A stretch of 63,923 nt of DNA, the filler included, from Saprolegnia diclina VS20 (lineage: Eukaryota): the NCBI RefSeq assembly GCF_000281045.1. It is 3 parts of 2 records of this genome, joined end to end, with 100 filler letters (N's around TTAATTAATTAA, not from the genome) between each part and the next. Parts side by side here need not be neighbours in the genome. Positions count along the whole stretch, not along the records: positions 24,040 to 53,475 come from NW_008246074.1; positions 53,576 to 63,923 come from NW_008246075.1; 1 more part is not named here. One strand, written 5' to 3'. Each line of letters opens with the position of its first letter. Within the stretch, counting starts at the first letter, position 1. Both the position numbers and the translations under genes were made by a program. This document shows, piece after piece, positions 46,180-57,800 of this stretch. The notes beneath the pieces were generated by a model that worked only from the letters and a program-made list of their open reading frames with translations, made no database searches and was not told the origin of the DNA.

Positions 46180-49100
46180 CTACGAGTACATCGAGTGGCG
46201 ACGGTCCGTTGCGCCAGGGTTCTCGCTGCGTTGGTTGGTCGAGAGTGACGCGAGGCCCGTCACCTTGTTCGGGTGCCATAGGTGGGCCAGCTTTTCGAGC
46301 GTCGTATTGGTGGATGTTGCCGTTGTCGGTCCCATCGTCGTTGTTGTCGTGGCGCTCGCGCGGGTTCGAACCGAGTCCCGCCGGCTACGACACTCCCATA
46401 AGACCGTATTTCGCTACACACCAAGTACCGATTCAAGCGCGCTTGGACGAGCAAGTCGACCGACATGGTGTCGTGCTGCTCGTGCAAGCGGCTGATGCTG
46501 TCGACGCAGAGGATGCTTGTGTCGTTGATCTTCTTGCCCCACTGCGAGTACACGCCGCCAACGTCCAAGTAGAAGAACGGACCGGTCGGCCGGCAGCGCG
46601 CTTCGACGCGCTTGGGCGTGCCAAAGAGGACCGACCACATGAAACGTTGCACTTGTTCGGCTGTCACATGCCCCTACCTCCATCTTTGCGTTTTGCATTG
46701 GGATACAAAATCATGCTCACCTTGTCCAAGTAACGAAAGAGCAAACTGGACTCGCCGATGATCGCGACGGTTGCCCACGGCGCAATGACGTTCTCGGCCG
46801 GCAACACAATGTCATGCAAGAGGTGGTCACCAATATAGCACACTTTGGCCTTCTACTGACCATCATAATCTATACAACGTGGAGAGTGTCGTACCGGGCC
46901 CAAGGTGAGCATAAACTCGGTGATGTTGCCGCCGGCGTAGACGTGACCGCGCTCGAGCATCGGTGACGTCAGCGGGAGCAGCGTCTTGGAGCCACCGTGC
47001 AAGATTGGCACTTCCTACATTCCGATTTAGTTAGTTAGTGGAGTCAAAACGACAGTCGTTGACGTCGAACCATGAAGCGGTGCGTGTTGAATGCGTCAAA
47101 GAAGACGCTCGGCACGCTCTTGGTCACAATAATATCGAAGAAATGGACCCAGTCTTTTCCAATCGAATATTGCAGCACCTAAACACCCAATTATGGATCG
47201 TTTTGGGATAGTAGAACTTGAATCGCATATTGTGCGATGAGAAGAAGCACCTACTGCGTTGGTATGTTCCCACGAACTATTGGTGAGAAGGAACATGCGT
47301 TTCTTGGCATTGCTACTGATGTGCTCGAGCGTCGTTCGAATGTTGGCGTTATAGCGCAAGAGCGCTTCGGGTGTTGCGAGCAGTGTCGGCTACGTCCACA
47401 GTATATTTTGTGAATGCGCCGTGCAATTGCGAGAAAAAGAGGGAGTCGACGCACAAGAAAATCCGCTTCGTAGTACGCCGTCGCTGCGTCAAATGCAATC
47501 GCGCTCAAAACACTGTAGGCCGACTAGAATATACAAAACATTTTGAAAATGCAGTCGCAGAACTAGATAATGACGCATCGTACCCGTGGTAAAATAAACT
47601 CCATTTCGTGGAGCACTTCGTCTTGGGGACGCACATACCCGATTTCTTCGTCGGTAATCTAGCGTCCTCGTTGTTAGGTATTCCATCCGAGACGATGGTC
47701 CGTCTACCGCGCCATGCTCGTAAATGTCAATGAGCCAAGCAAACAGCTGAGGAAAGATCATCTCGGGCACGGTGTGAATGATCATCCAGTCCGTCTCGGT
47801 GCGGCGTGGGAGCGGGTACTGCCAATTCAGCTGGTGCATCGGAATCTCCCGCGACCCGTGGTACCCACTGAGGATGTCGCCGTTGCTGCCGAAAAACAAA
47901 AAGTTGCCCCGCACCGTGTCGATGGCGAGTCCACGATGGGCCAGGTGCGGCTGCCAGCCGGGAGCGCCATTGGTTTTGAGATTGAGAAAAGCCTACACCA
48001 CCATAGTATTGCAAATATAAGGAAGAATTTAGCACGCGGTACGGCTTGGATTTTGGTGTACGCGCGCTCAAACGACGTCTTGAGCACATGCTCGGTCTTG
48101 AACTCGGCGAGCGTGTGGTCGACGTTGAAGCCGACCCAGTCGTAATGTCGAAACGCAAACTGAAGCGACGGGCGTTGCTAGCCTCGTGGTTCGTTTTGAG
48201 CTCAAAGAAGGAACCAACCTCGTGCAAGTACTTGGCCGCGCTGCTGTCGCTTCGGAACGTCATGTGCTTGGCCCGCATCTGGATCGCGTGTTGCGCGTAC
48301 AAGTGCAGAAAGTGCGATTTGTGCGAGTCGGCGCATTCCTTCCAAAACTCATCGGTCTACAGATAAAAGACAATATTGTCATTCTCGAACAAACATATGG
48401 GTATGTACCTGCGCCAATGGTAGCCACGTCTCGGTCGGCTCGTCACAGAGGCTTTGAAAGTCATCAGACGTCACACACGCCGCGATGCGCTCCGTGTGCC
48501 GGTGCAAATACGCCTACAAGCGAAAGTTTCAGTACGATCCGATTGCGATAGTTGAAGTCGACAACCATGACGATCGAGACCAGACCGACGCAGCCGTTGA
48601 CCAAAATGTGGTCCATGACCCGAAGCCGCAGCTGGGCGGGGAACGAAGGACTCAGTGGGAGCAGCAGTAGAGTCGTGAAGCATTCGACGCGCGGGAGCCG
48701 CCAGCCCACGAGCTTGGCGTGCACCTTGGCGTTCTATTGGCCAGCTCAAATTGCTCCATAACGAGGAGAGAAGAAGCTACCAGCGTCTGCAGGACCGACT
48801 CGAACGTGTCAAAGACGATCGGCGTCGTGTCACCGTACGGCAGAATGCACCGGTCGTTGTGCGGCAGTTGCTCCCGCTACCCCAGGACAGATAGGAAAAA
48901 CGTGTGGTGACGATGTAGCGTCATACGTGCAGGATAAAGGTGAGGACTTTGATCAAGTCGGAGCGCGCGTGGAGTTCGGGGAGAAGGATACTGCTCATCG
49001 CAAGCACCTAGTACGCGCGCACTTCAACACCCAACGCCCACCATTCGGTCCATACAAACGGCGCCAGCGTGGTGTCAATGAGCACGAACTTGGAGTCCTT

Positions 49101-49529
49101 GAGCTCCGAGACGAGCTCGACCATGTGCTTGTCGTCAAGTAGCGTGGACGGACGTTCTTGGCGAAGTCGGCGGCCGCTGAGCACGGACGCGTCCGGGTTG
49201 ATGGCCATAGGGGCCACCATGGCTTGCGTCGGCACCGCTGTCGGTCCGCCCGTCGACGCCGAGGCCACGAACGAGATGAAGCCCTACCACCTATACTTCA
49301 AGCTGCCGCAAGCGTGATCGAGTTTGACCTGGGACATCTTGGCTTTGGAGCGCGTCTTGAGCTCGGTCGAAATGACGTCCATCCAAAACGCCCGTCGACG
49401 CAGCGACGACGGCAAGCCCGAGGCGACCATGGCCGTAAAGTTCTTGACGCTCATGCCGTGCCACGCGACGAGGTCCTCGGTCGCGCTGCCGCGCCGGCCC
49501 TTACGCGTCGGCGACGTCGTTGGCGCCAT
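46180..49529 (-). CDS. 5'-nucleotidase-domain (NT5DC-type HAD) protein with a long N-terminal (possibly TBC-like) region; motif I reads NxDxT
   Basis: YDWVGFNVDHTLAEFK, MFLLTNSSWEH, FDIIVTK, VYAGGN and VCYIGDHLLHDIVLP..WATVAII. Intron 48178..48218 links the HAD domain in frame to the upstream exon. The N-terminus reads MAPTTSPT...SGLPSSLRRRAFW. Confidence 0.75.
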
Positions 49530-49764
49530 CTTTTGTCGTTTCGCTTGAACCGGCGCCCTGGAATAGGTCCTTTCGACTAACTAGCTGCATCAACGACGAC
49601 TGAACGGCTCGACGAGGCAAGAGACACCAGGTTGGCGGTGGTCGCACCGGACCCGTCGCCTGAAGCAAGGTCGTCATATCCCTGGCGCAGACGAAGCGCA
49701 GACGATCGATGAAGAGAATGAATACAATGTGGATTTAGTATAGTAGAGTATCGAGAGACTTCTA

Positions 49765-50316
49765 TTAATTGCCGAGAAGGTCGTAGTCGTCGAGCTTGTC
49801 GTTGTACTTGAGGATCGTGCGCTTGATCTTGGAGCTGTCGACCCACGTGACAAAGTCCTCGAACGACCGCGTGACCATAAAGGCCGGGTCCGTCACCGTC
49901 GTGGGCCCGACGCGCACGTGGCCTTGCTCGACAAACGTCGTCGCTTCCTTGATGTTTTCCGACATCTTGAGACGCACCATGACGACGGGCAGGCGCCGCC
50001 GGCACATGGCCGAGACGTTGAGCTCTTCGGCCTTGAGGAGGCTCTTGGTACCGTTGATGAGGCCCATCTGATAGAGCTTCTCGAGCAGCGCTTCCGTGGT
50101 CTTGATACGGAACGGGTCGTTGGCCGGGCGCTTCTTGAGGCGCGCGACGAGCCGGCCGATCTCGCCGACGACCTTGTTGTACTTGTGGTACTGCTCGCGG
50201 TCGGGCAGGCGGTAGCGGCGGATGACCTTGATCTCATGGATGTTGTTCTCGCTGCGCCAGTCGAGCAGGTCGACCTTCTTCAGGAGCTTCTTCTCATGGA
50301 ACTTGAGCTGGCGCAT
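49765..50316 (-). CDS. IMP3: U3 small nucleolar ribonucleoprotein IMP3
   Basis: MRQLKFHEKKLLKKVD; CRRRLPVVMVRLKM; FVEQGHVRVGP; DPAFMVTR..EDFVTWVDSSKIKR. Confidence 0.97.
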   Translation of the reverse strand: MRQLKFHEKKLLKKVDLLDWRSENNIHEIKVIRRYRLPDREQYHKYNKVVGEIGRLVARLKKRPANDPFRIKTTEALLEKLYQMGLINGTKSLLKAEELNVSAMCRRRLPVVMVRLKMSENIKEATTFVEQGHVRVGPTTVTDPAFMVTRSFEDFVTWVDSSKIKRTILKYNDKLDDYDLLGN

Positions 50317-50657
50317 GCTACTTGGGCTTTTAGTTAGTTCAATCTACTGCGTCATCATAACCAAGCCAACCAATCGTTTCCGAGATGACCTTGCTAATAG
50401 CACATAGTGCTTGTAACGAGGTCCAACCAGTGCATACTATTTCCGTGTATTTGAAGTGTCCAATAGTGTTCTTTTTGTCGAGCGGCGATAGGCTATAGGC
50501 AGTTGCTAGTATTTCAAGGGTTGAAAGCTGCACCGTGCACTAGCCATGGACCGTGTAGAAAAGAAGAGAGGCTATGGTACCGACTGTATCGCGCGTGCGA
50601 GAGTATGGGATGAATGAATGCATTTGGCATTGCGCGTGACTAGAACATACACTATTT

Positions 50658-51577
50658 ATGCGAAGACCGGATACTGCGTATCCGGAGATAGAAGATCGAA
50701 CTCGCGCGAAAAGGCGCAAGCAGTCAGATATCGACAAGTATGGAGGCGCGCCCGCCCCGCCCCGCACCGCGCAGCATGGACTGGGTCGACAAAGACGTGG
50801 CAGAAGAGCGACCGGCAGCTGTCGTGGCGCTACCGCCGGCGCCGGCGCCACGCATTGCGCCGACTGCGGAGCCGTTCGCCGGCCTCGCCCGCAAGCGCAT
50901 CGTGCCCCGAAGCTTTTCTGAGAATGAGGCCGCGCCGTCCGAAGAGAAGGCGTCGCCGCGCATGACCACGCGAACCAGTGCGAGAAGCTACGACGAGGCA
51001 GCAACCTTCTTGCCCAAGGTATCCTTCGTGTCACCAAGAGCACTATCAATGCAATTCTAGTCGCGAGCAACGCTCGTGGAGGAGCTCACGGCCAAGTACA
51101 TGGGCGAGGCTTCCACGCGCCCGCGAGAGCTGTCACCACCTATGACGTCTGCATCGCTGAGCTTCCACGAAGCGTCTTTGCATCGCGCACCGAGCTACGT
51201 GCCACCTTCGCCCATGACCGCATCGTCCATGAGCGACCAGAACGCATCGTACATCGCAACGATCCAGCCGTCGAGTGTGTCCGAGGTTGCCGCGGCTGGT
51301 ACACTGCTGCATATTCCTCGGCGGCTCATGCGTGGGCATAGACCACGTGGTGCATCGGCTAATGCAAGACGCATACCGGGCCATTGACGAGATGAAGCAG
51401 GCCCATCAAGTGCTCTTCAATAGCGACACGGTAACTCTGACCACATGTGATGGAATCTATGAAGTTGACTTTACCGTAGCAACCGCAGCGCTACGACAGC
51501 ATTCTGGCCGAAGCAGCAGCCACGAGCGTCGAGACTGCGACACGCGCGCTGACTCGGGCCCGCGATCACTTCCGTGA
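50658..51577 (+). CDS. Hypothetical low-complexity protein, multi-exon
   Basis: Spliceable coding-like segments MRRPDTAYPEIED..., MDWVDKDVAEERP..., VEELTAKYMGE... and QDAYRAIDEMKQAHQ. Confidence 0.45.
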
Positions 51578-51979
51578 CTATTGCTCTGTTGCCACGCAAT
51601 TTGCACAAGATGACTCGATTGCGTCATCATCTTCCGTCCGCGAGGTTCTTGGCTCGCGTCTGTAGCTCCAATGCCTGATAGACGCATCTAGTTCGCGTAT
51701 GCACTCGAGGCGAGGTCGCAAGGTGATCGCTACGAGCCGTCGGAGCTACGAGAGTCGCCATCGAAATCAAAGTCAGCTGAGAGCTGGTCGACGTACGTAG
51801 CTGGACGAGAAGCGACACGCGAGGCCACGCACTCGTCACCTGAGGCAGCCAAATACTCGAAAGCAGAGGTTTACTATGCTTCGGCTCCGGCCCGTGCGTG
51901 GTCACCAAGCTCCGAGCCCGTCGACGCTCGTCCCAGCATTGGCGCGTACCAAAGTCCAGAAACCTTCCAGCCCACATGT

Positions 51980-52636
51980 ATGAGTGCCAGGTCGTTCTTG
52001 GACCGTCACCAAGACGAGAACACGGGACGAGGAGGCGAGATGCTGGACAGAAGTCCCACGGCGTTGGACTCTGAGTGGTCGAGTCGCCCACCAGCCAAGA
52101 GTTATGAGGTCGACGCATCGTCGCGTTATGCGACGGTGCCAGCACCGTCGCAGCGAAGCTACAGCTTCCAGGAGACCAAGAGCGATCACTACAGCAGTCC
52201 TCGTCACGAGAATCTGTCGTTTGCCACAAGAGAGAAGACAGAGCCGACCGAGTACAAGCCAACACTTGCATTTGCCCAGCAGCGTAAGCGTGGTCCTACC
52301 CGAATGGGCGCTTGTACATCGCTCTGCGTAGATGCATCTGCAGCGAGCCCTACCCAACCGGTCACAACGCCCGAAGGACGCAACTCGATGTTTGCAGGTA
52401 CACTTTCATTGGCTAATACGTTGTCGAAACGAGCAAACTGTCATTTTGGCTTAGATTTCGACCGGAAAATGCAGGAAATTCGCATGTCGCTGAGCGCGAT
52501 TGCGTCGCGCGAGCCGTACACAGGCGGCAACGCGCGCGAAGCGTCGGCACCCGTTGAGACGCCGCAGGCCAACTACCGCGGGTCGTTTGAAGAATACTTA
52601 AAAGAGTTCAAGCGCGATCTACACCAGGTATCGTGA
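51980..52636 (+). CDS. Hypothetical Ser-rich protein (probably with short introns)
   Basis: 218-aa ORF with host-like codon usage, ending FEEYLKEFKRDLHQVS*. Confidence 0.5.
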   Translation: MSARSFLDRHQDENTGRGGEMLDRSPTALDSEWSSRPPAKSYEVDASSRYATVPAPSQRSYSFQETKSDHYSSPRHENLSFATREKTEPTEYKPTLAFAQQRKRGPTRMGACTSLCVDASAASPTQPVTTPEGRNSMFAGTLSLANTLSKRANCHFGLDFDRKMQEIRMSLSAIASREPYTGGNAREASAPVETPQANYRGSFEEYLKEFKRDLHQVS

Positions 52637-53475
52637 TATGTTTCAGTGTATCGAGTTGATACCGCAGAGATCGACATCATGTTTGTGCTAGGAACGAGGC
52701 TACAGCCAAGAAAGCCCCATCATGGTACGACGTCGCTATCCTACGGGATCTCTATCGAATGGGACGTTCGAATATATTTCTCTGCTTCTAGGACAAGTAC
52801 AAATCGAGCTCGGATCGACCGTAAGCTCAACTGCGTGGTGGCACCCGATGCAGCCGTGGTTGACAAATGAAATAAGAAATGATATGTATAAACGTCAATG
52901 AAGCATTGAGTCAGGACAGCTGTCAGCGTCGCCAGTAACGCCTTCACATTACGATTGCGATCGAGTATTGGACACTTGAGCTTAGAGGCAAAAGGAAAAT
53001 TGAATTCGATCGACCATTTACAAAGCTAAACCTAAACCCGCTCGTAGACACGATGCATGTTGAACTTCAGCTTGAACTACAAGTTGTCATGGAGAAGAGA
53101 ACACACGTGCTGGATCGCAGATCCCATGCCGTGACATCGAGCCACACGAGAAATGGAAGTTTCGGTAAATAGAACGTGCTGAGTGGGTGACTTCATCGGT
53201 GGCTGAACCTGCGGTGTGCAGGTCTTGCACTCGGTCGATTTTGGCGCCGCCGTACTGGATTCGAGCCGTCGACCACCAAAAGCATCTTTCGAAAGCAATG
53301 CCAAAGTTGCGTCGCATTGGTCGCGAGATCAAAGGAGAAACCGCCACGTCATAAAGCCAGCGTATGGTGGATTTTACGTCTGTCACTACGCAACATGGCT
53401 ACCGGTAAATACCCACAAAACACGTAAAATCGCATACCAGCGGATTGGCCTAGCGGGAAAGCCGCGCAATTGCAG

Positions 53476-53575
53476 NNNNNNNNNNNNNNNNNNNNNNNNN
53501 NNNNNNNNNNNNNNNNNNNTTAATTAATTAANNNNNNNNNNNNNNNNNNNNNNNNNNNNNNNNNNNNNNNNNNNN
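53476..53575. other. Assembly gap: 100-nt N spacer with TTAATTAATTAA linker
   Basis: N run with TTAATTAATTAA at 53520..53531. Confidence 0.97.
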
Positions 53576-53951
53576 GGTGAGGCAGCTGCAGATCGGCGGC
53601 CAGCCGCGGCAACACGTCGTCGGTCAACGACATCGTCCCGTTGTCGCTCTTGATCGCAAGCTGCGCCGCCGGGACGATGGCGACACCCTTCGTCTCCATG
53701 TAGGTGGCCATGACTTCGTGCGCTTGGTGGTTGCAGAGCGGCCAGCCGAGATACTCGTCCATCGTCCGGACGCAGAGTAATGGCCACTGGTGCGTCGGCA
53801 GCTCAAACGATGTGAACGGCAACATTTGCTTGATCGAGTGCAGTGCTTGGATGATGGGCTTGTAGCTCTCTGCGTCCACGGGCAGACTGGCGAGCGGCGT
53901 CGCTTTGCCTCGCACCGCCTTGGCCCGCTTGCGCCCTGGCTTGGACGACAT
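53576..53951 (-). CDS. 5' part of a hypothetical protein truncated by the gap (possibly a 2OG-Fe(II) oxygenase-like family N-terminus)
   Basis: MSSKPGRKRAK...LGWPLCNHQA...VLPRLAADLQLP is open into the gap. The family call is weak. Confidence 0.5.
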
Positions 53952-54017
53952 GGTTGCTCCACAGGGGGTGACAACCCCTCAGAAAAATGGCTTTTGTGTC
54001 GCTTTTCAGCGAGCTTA

Positions 54018-54052
54018 AGGTCTGGGAGGTTAACCCTAACCCTCCCAGACCT
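54018..54052. repeat. Perfect 12-bp inverted repeat with a telomere-like loop
   Basis: AGGTCTGGGAGG (54018-54029) / CCTCCCAGACCT (54041-54052) enclose TTAACCCTAAC. Confidence 0.8.
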
Positions 54053-54859
54053 AAAGGCGGATAATCCGCCAACTGGCGTGAACTCGCGACATACATTCCT
54101 AAACCACGTGGTTCTCCATCGACAAATCAAATCCATTTGCACCCAGAACCAACCAATCAGCACGAACCAGAACGCCGAAATCGCGCGTGCTTGAGCACTC
54201 GGGGGCCAGCCAAAAAACCAATTGTACACGCACCTCACGTTTTTTGCAAGCTTTCGATACGTCCAATTCGCGCGCGAATCCCCACAAAACTCCATGAGCT
54301 ATGCGAGGCGAGGATAATACGGCGCTGTGATTGGCTGACACTAAATCATTTTGGCCAATAAGAAATCGTATCCGGATAAAACGATATTGCCACCAACTGC
54401 CACCAACTCGACATCCCGCTTGACCTCAAGCTTGATGAACTGGCGCAATGGAGAAGAAGACCAGAGGTACTCAAGTCTGTGGCGAATGTGGGAAGACCAA
54501 GCACACCGTGTCCATGCTAGCGTGCGAAATGAGCTTTCCCCCTGGTTGCTCCAAGATGACTTTGCCTTTCTGGCTGGCAACGTCATCCGGATGCCCAGCT
54601 TGGATTCGAACATGTATAAAACAGTTTATTGCCCATCCGAAGGACATGTCATGGGCGTCGACTTGTCGATGCAAGCGCTGCCGTGTGGCAGCGACGTACG
54701 GTAGTCGTATGTGTACCAGTACTTGTCTTTTGGCGCTCTCGATTCGAGTTGGCTGCCAGTAGCGGCTGTGATTACCACAACGTTTTAAACCATGTGTATA
54801 AAACATATGCTTTCGTATCCGGACGTTTGTCGCTCCCGAGGCGGCCAAAAGATCGCGGA

Positions 54860-57800
54860 ATGGACACCGTGCAGATCCGCTTCGGACGGCCGCATGCGTC
54901 GCTCGCCCGGATCGGCGGCGCCGACGCTGACGAGGCTACTCCTCTATCTTTATCGCCGCTGCACCGACCGGCGCCGTCGCCGGTGCGTCGGGCGTCCACG
55001 TCGCGGGTGACGGTACAGCTCCTCGACCCTCGCCACCGACAAGGCGCGCTCATGCAGCACCTTCTTTAGATGCTCGACGCTGAGGCCGTGACAGCAATGC
55101 GAATTGAGACGAGCGTCGTGTGCCGCCCGAGCAGCGGGTTTGTCCCGACCGTCGTCACGGTGCCCAAGGTGACCCGCATACCGCCGCCGCGCCCAGCTGC
55201 AATCGTGATACCAACACCGCCGACAACGCCGTTTGCTCGTGCAGCCAAGGCAAAGCCTCGCCGTGTCGTAGTGGACACGCCTCTCTCGCCGCCGCCCGCC
55301 GTGCTCTACACGCTGAATCAACCGCCAAAGCGGCGCCGCTCTGTCGTCGACGCTCCACCGGTCCACGCCGAGGTCGAGGCCTCGAGCTTCTCCCGCGAAC
55401 ACCTTCGAAAAAAAGAGCACGACCGGTGGACGGCTGCCGTTCGGTGGCTCAAGGACGCCCACTACGCCGATGCGCAGACGAAGGAAAAGACTGCGAGCGA
55501 AGCTGCCAAGCGCCAGCATCTTGTCGACATGGCCAAGACCGTCCGCGAGCAAAACTTCAAGCGCTTTACAAAGCAAACACCGGCGCCGCCAAAGCAACTT
55601 CGGCCCAGTCGGACGCCGACCGCAGTCGTTGCGCTGCCGCCTAAGAAACCCCCGGTGCCACGGCTCGGGAAGCGTCGGTCGACCAAAAGCGCTGCACCGC
55701 CCTCGCCCGTCAGCAACCAGCAAGAGATGGCACCGCCGCCGGCACCCGCCGTACCCAAGAGAAAAAAGCGACCTGTTGCGACAAGAAAGCCCGTCGACGT
55801 CGCCAATACAGTGGACGAGACGACGAGAGCGTCGTTGGACGCTCGCCGCGCAACCGCGCGGGTGTTTATGGAGCAGCAAAAGCAGCACCGTGACGAGCAG
55901 CGGCGGCGTGAGCGGCAGCTTGAAGCCGAGCACGCACGCGCGCGCCACGCCAAGCTCCAGGTAGCGTTCCTTGGTTGTAGCTGACACTTCATTGCTCCCG
56001 TAGCACGTCGAGACGGTTCGGCTCCAGCGGCTTCGCGACTCGGTGGCGCTGGCTAAAAAGACCAAGTATATGGAGACACTTGTACGTACCCAGACGCAGT
56101 CGACGGCCGAGCATGCAATGAACTTGGACCTGCGGCCACCGGCGGGACGAGCGTTCTGGCCGACAGAAGTCGACAACTCCGATAACGGAAGCGTCGACAC
56201 GGAGAACCGATCGGACACGAATCCGTGGCCCATATCGCCGCCCAACAATCCACCGGTCGACGACGGCACGCAGTCGGAAGCCGAACACGACGACGAGAGC
56301 GACGATGCGAGCAACAACAGTAGCGACGACGACGGCGCAAGCACCGAGCCAGAAGACGCGTCGATGCTGCGCAAGCTCTATGCTCTCAAGCAGCTCACCG
56401 ACTCGCTGACGAACCGCTTGTCGCAGCTGTCGCAGCCACCAATCGCACCACCGCCTGCCATCGTGCCGGTTCAGTGGCAGGACACGGCAACGGCCGAGAT
56501 GGAGGAGCGCATCGAAGCTGCGCTCGAGATGTACGCGCCACAAGCGCTACCGGCACCGTTCAAACCGCCCGTCTATATCCCCGCCGAGGCCGCGGTGCCG
56601 TCGTCCGTGTCGTCGTCGGCGTCATCGCTCGACGCCAGGGCGTATTACCGACCAACGCTTATTGCCCAAGAGGCTCCGGACGCCTCCGACCGTTGGTCAA
56701 CGACAGAACGTGCGGCAACGCGCATGCCGGTCGCAAACAACCAAGAGACGAGCGAAGACGACGACAGTGACGGAGCACCGTCCTGGCGACGCCGACCGTC
56801 TCTCGTCGACGAGCGACCACCCTCGGCTTGGCGCGTGTCGCCGATGCTGCCGCCGCCCAGCAGTGCGTTCCAAAGACTTGTGCGTGAGACGGACGACAAT
56901 GATGATGACGATCTCGACCGTCTCATTGCAGCCTCGAGAGACGCATACAGTGTCGTCGATATGTTTGCGCAAGAGCTTTTGCGGCAGCAACAAGACCAGC
57001 AAGCGCTTCGATCGTCAACGCCTCGGTTCGAAGCCGTCGAGGACATTGAAGACGACCACTACCAAGAGCAGCGCAGCAGTTCCATGACGTCGCCGGACGA
57101 TACGTACCTCCGTTTCGGCAGCGGCAACTATGACGGCGTTGACGCTTCCGGACACGATGACTGTCCAGCCGCGTATTCGGACCGTGCTCACATTTTGATT
57201 CACACCAAGGGAGTCAAAGACGGTGACGGGTCTGACGAGGACGCTCGAAACGACGGCATACCGAATGACGGTGCTCGTGACGGCATGGCGCAGTACACAG
57301 TGGACCCTGACGTTGAAGCCCTCTTGAGCGAAGCACACCGGATCCTGTCGCACGAGGCCCCCGAGACGACACCGCCTCGTGCGTATTGGGACCACATGCT
57401 TCTCGAGGACGACGAGGTGACACCAGCGCTGCATCGACGTCCGCGCGTCACGATCGTCACCGAGGAGGAGGACGCTGTCGTGGCGCAGCGGCGGCAGTTT
57501 TCACCGCGGACTCTATCCCGGCAACTGCTCGCGGCGGTCGAGTTTCAGGAGACTCTGCACGAAGCTCAGATGCACCTCGAGTCGCTCGAGCACGCGCACG
57601 ACGTCCAAGAGACGCAAGACGAGACGCTGGATTGGAGTCACTCGGTGCGCGCCGACGTCGACCACCTCTGCGAGTCGCACGCCTTTTTGCAAGACACGCT
57701 GGCGTACCAGAGCCAGTTGCACGACGAAAACCTCCTGCGGCAAGCCCGCGACCTCCTCGAGGCGCGGCTCCAAGCACAGCGGAACACGGCCGTGCAAACA

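Noticed and set aside
54341..54848. Short ORFs upstream of the giant gene
   Set aside because: They are AT-richer, have no recognisable domain and lie in conflicting frames. I treated them as intergenic or degenerate.
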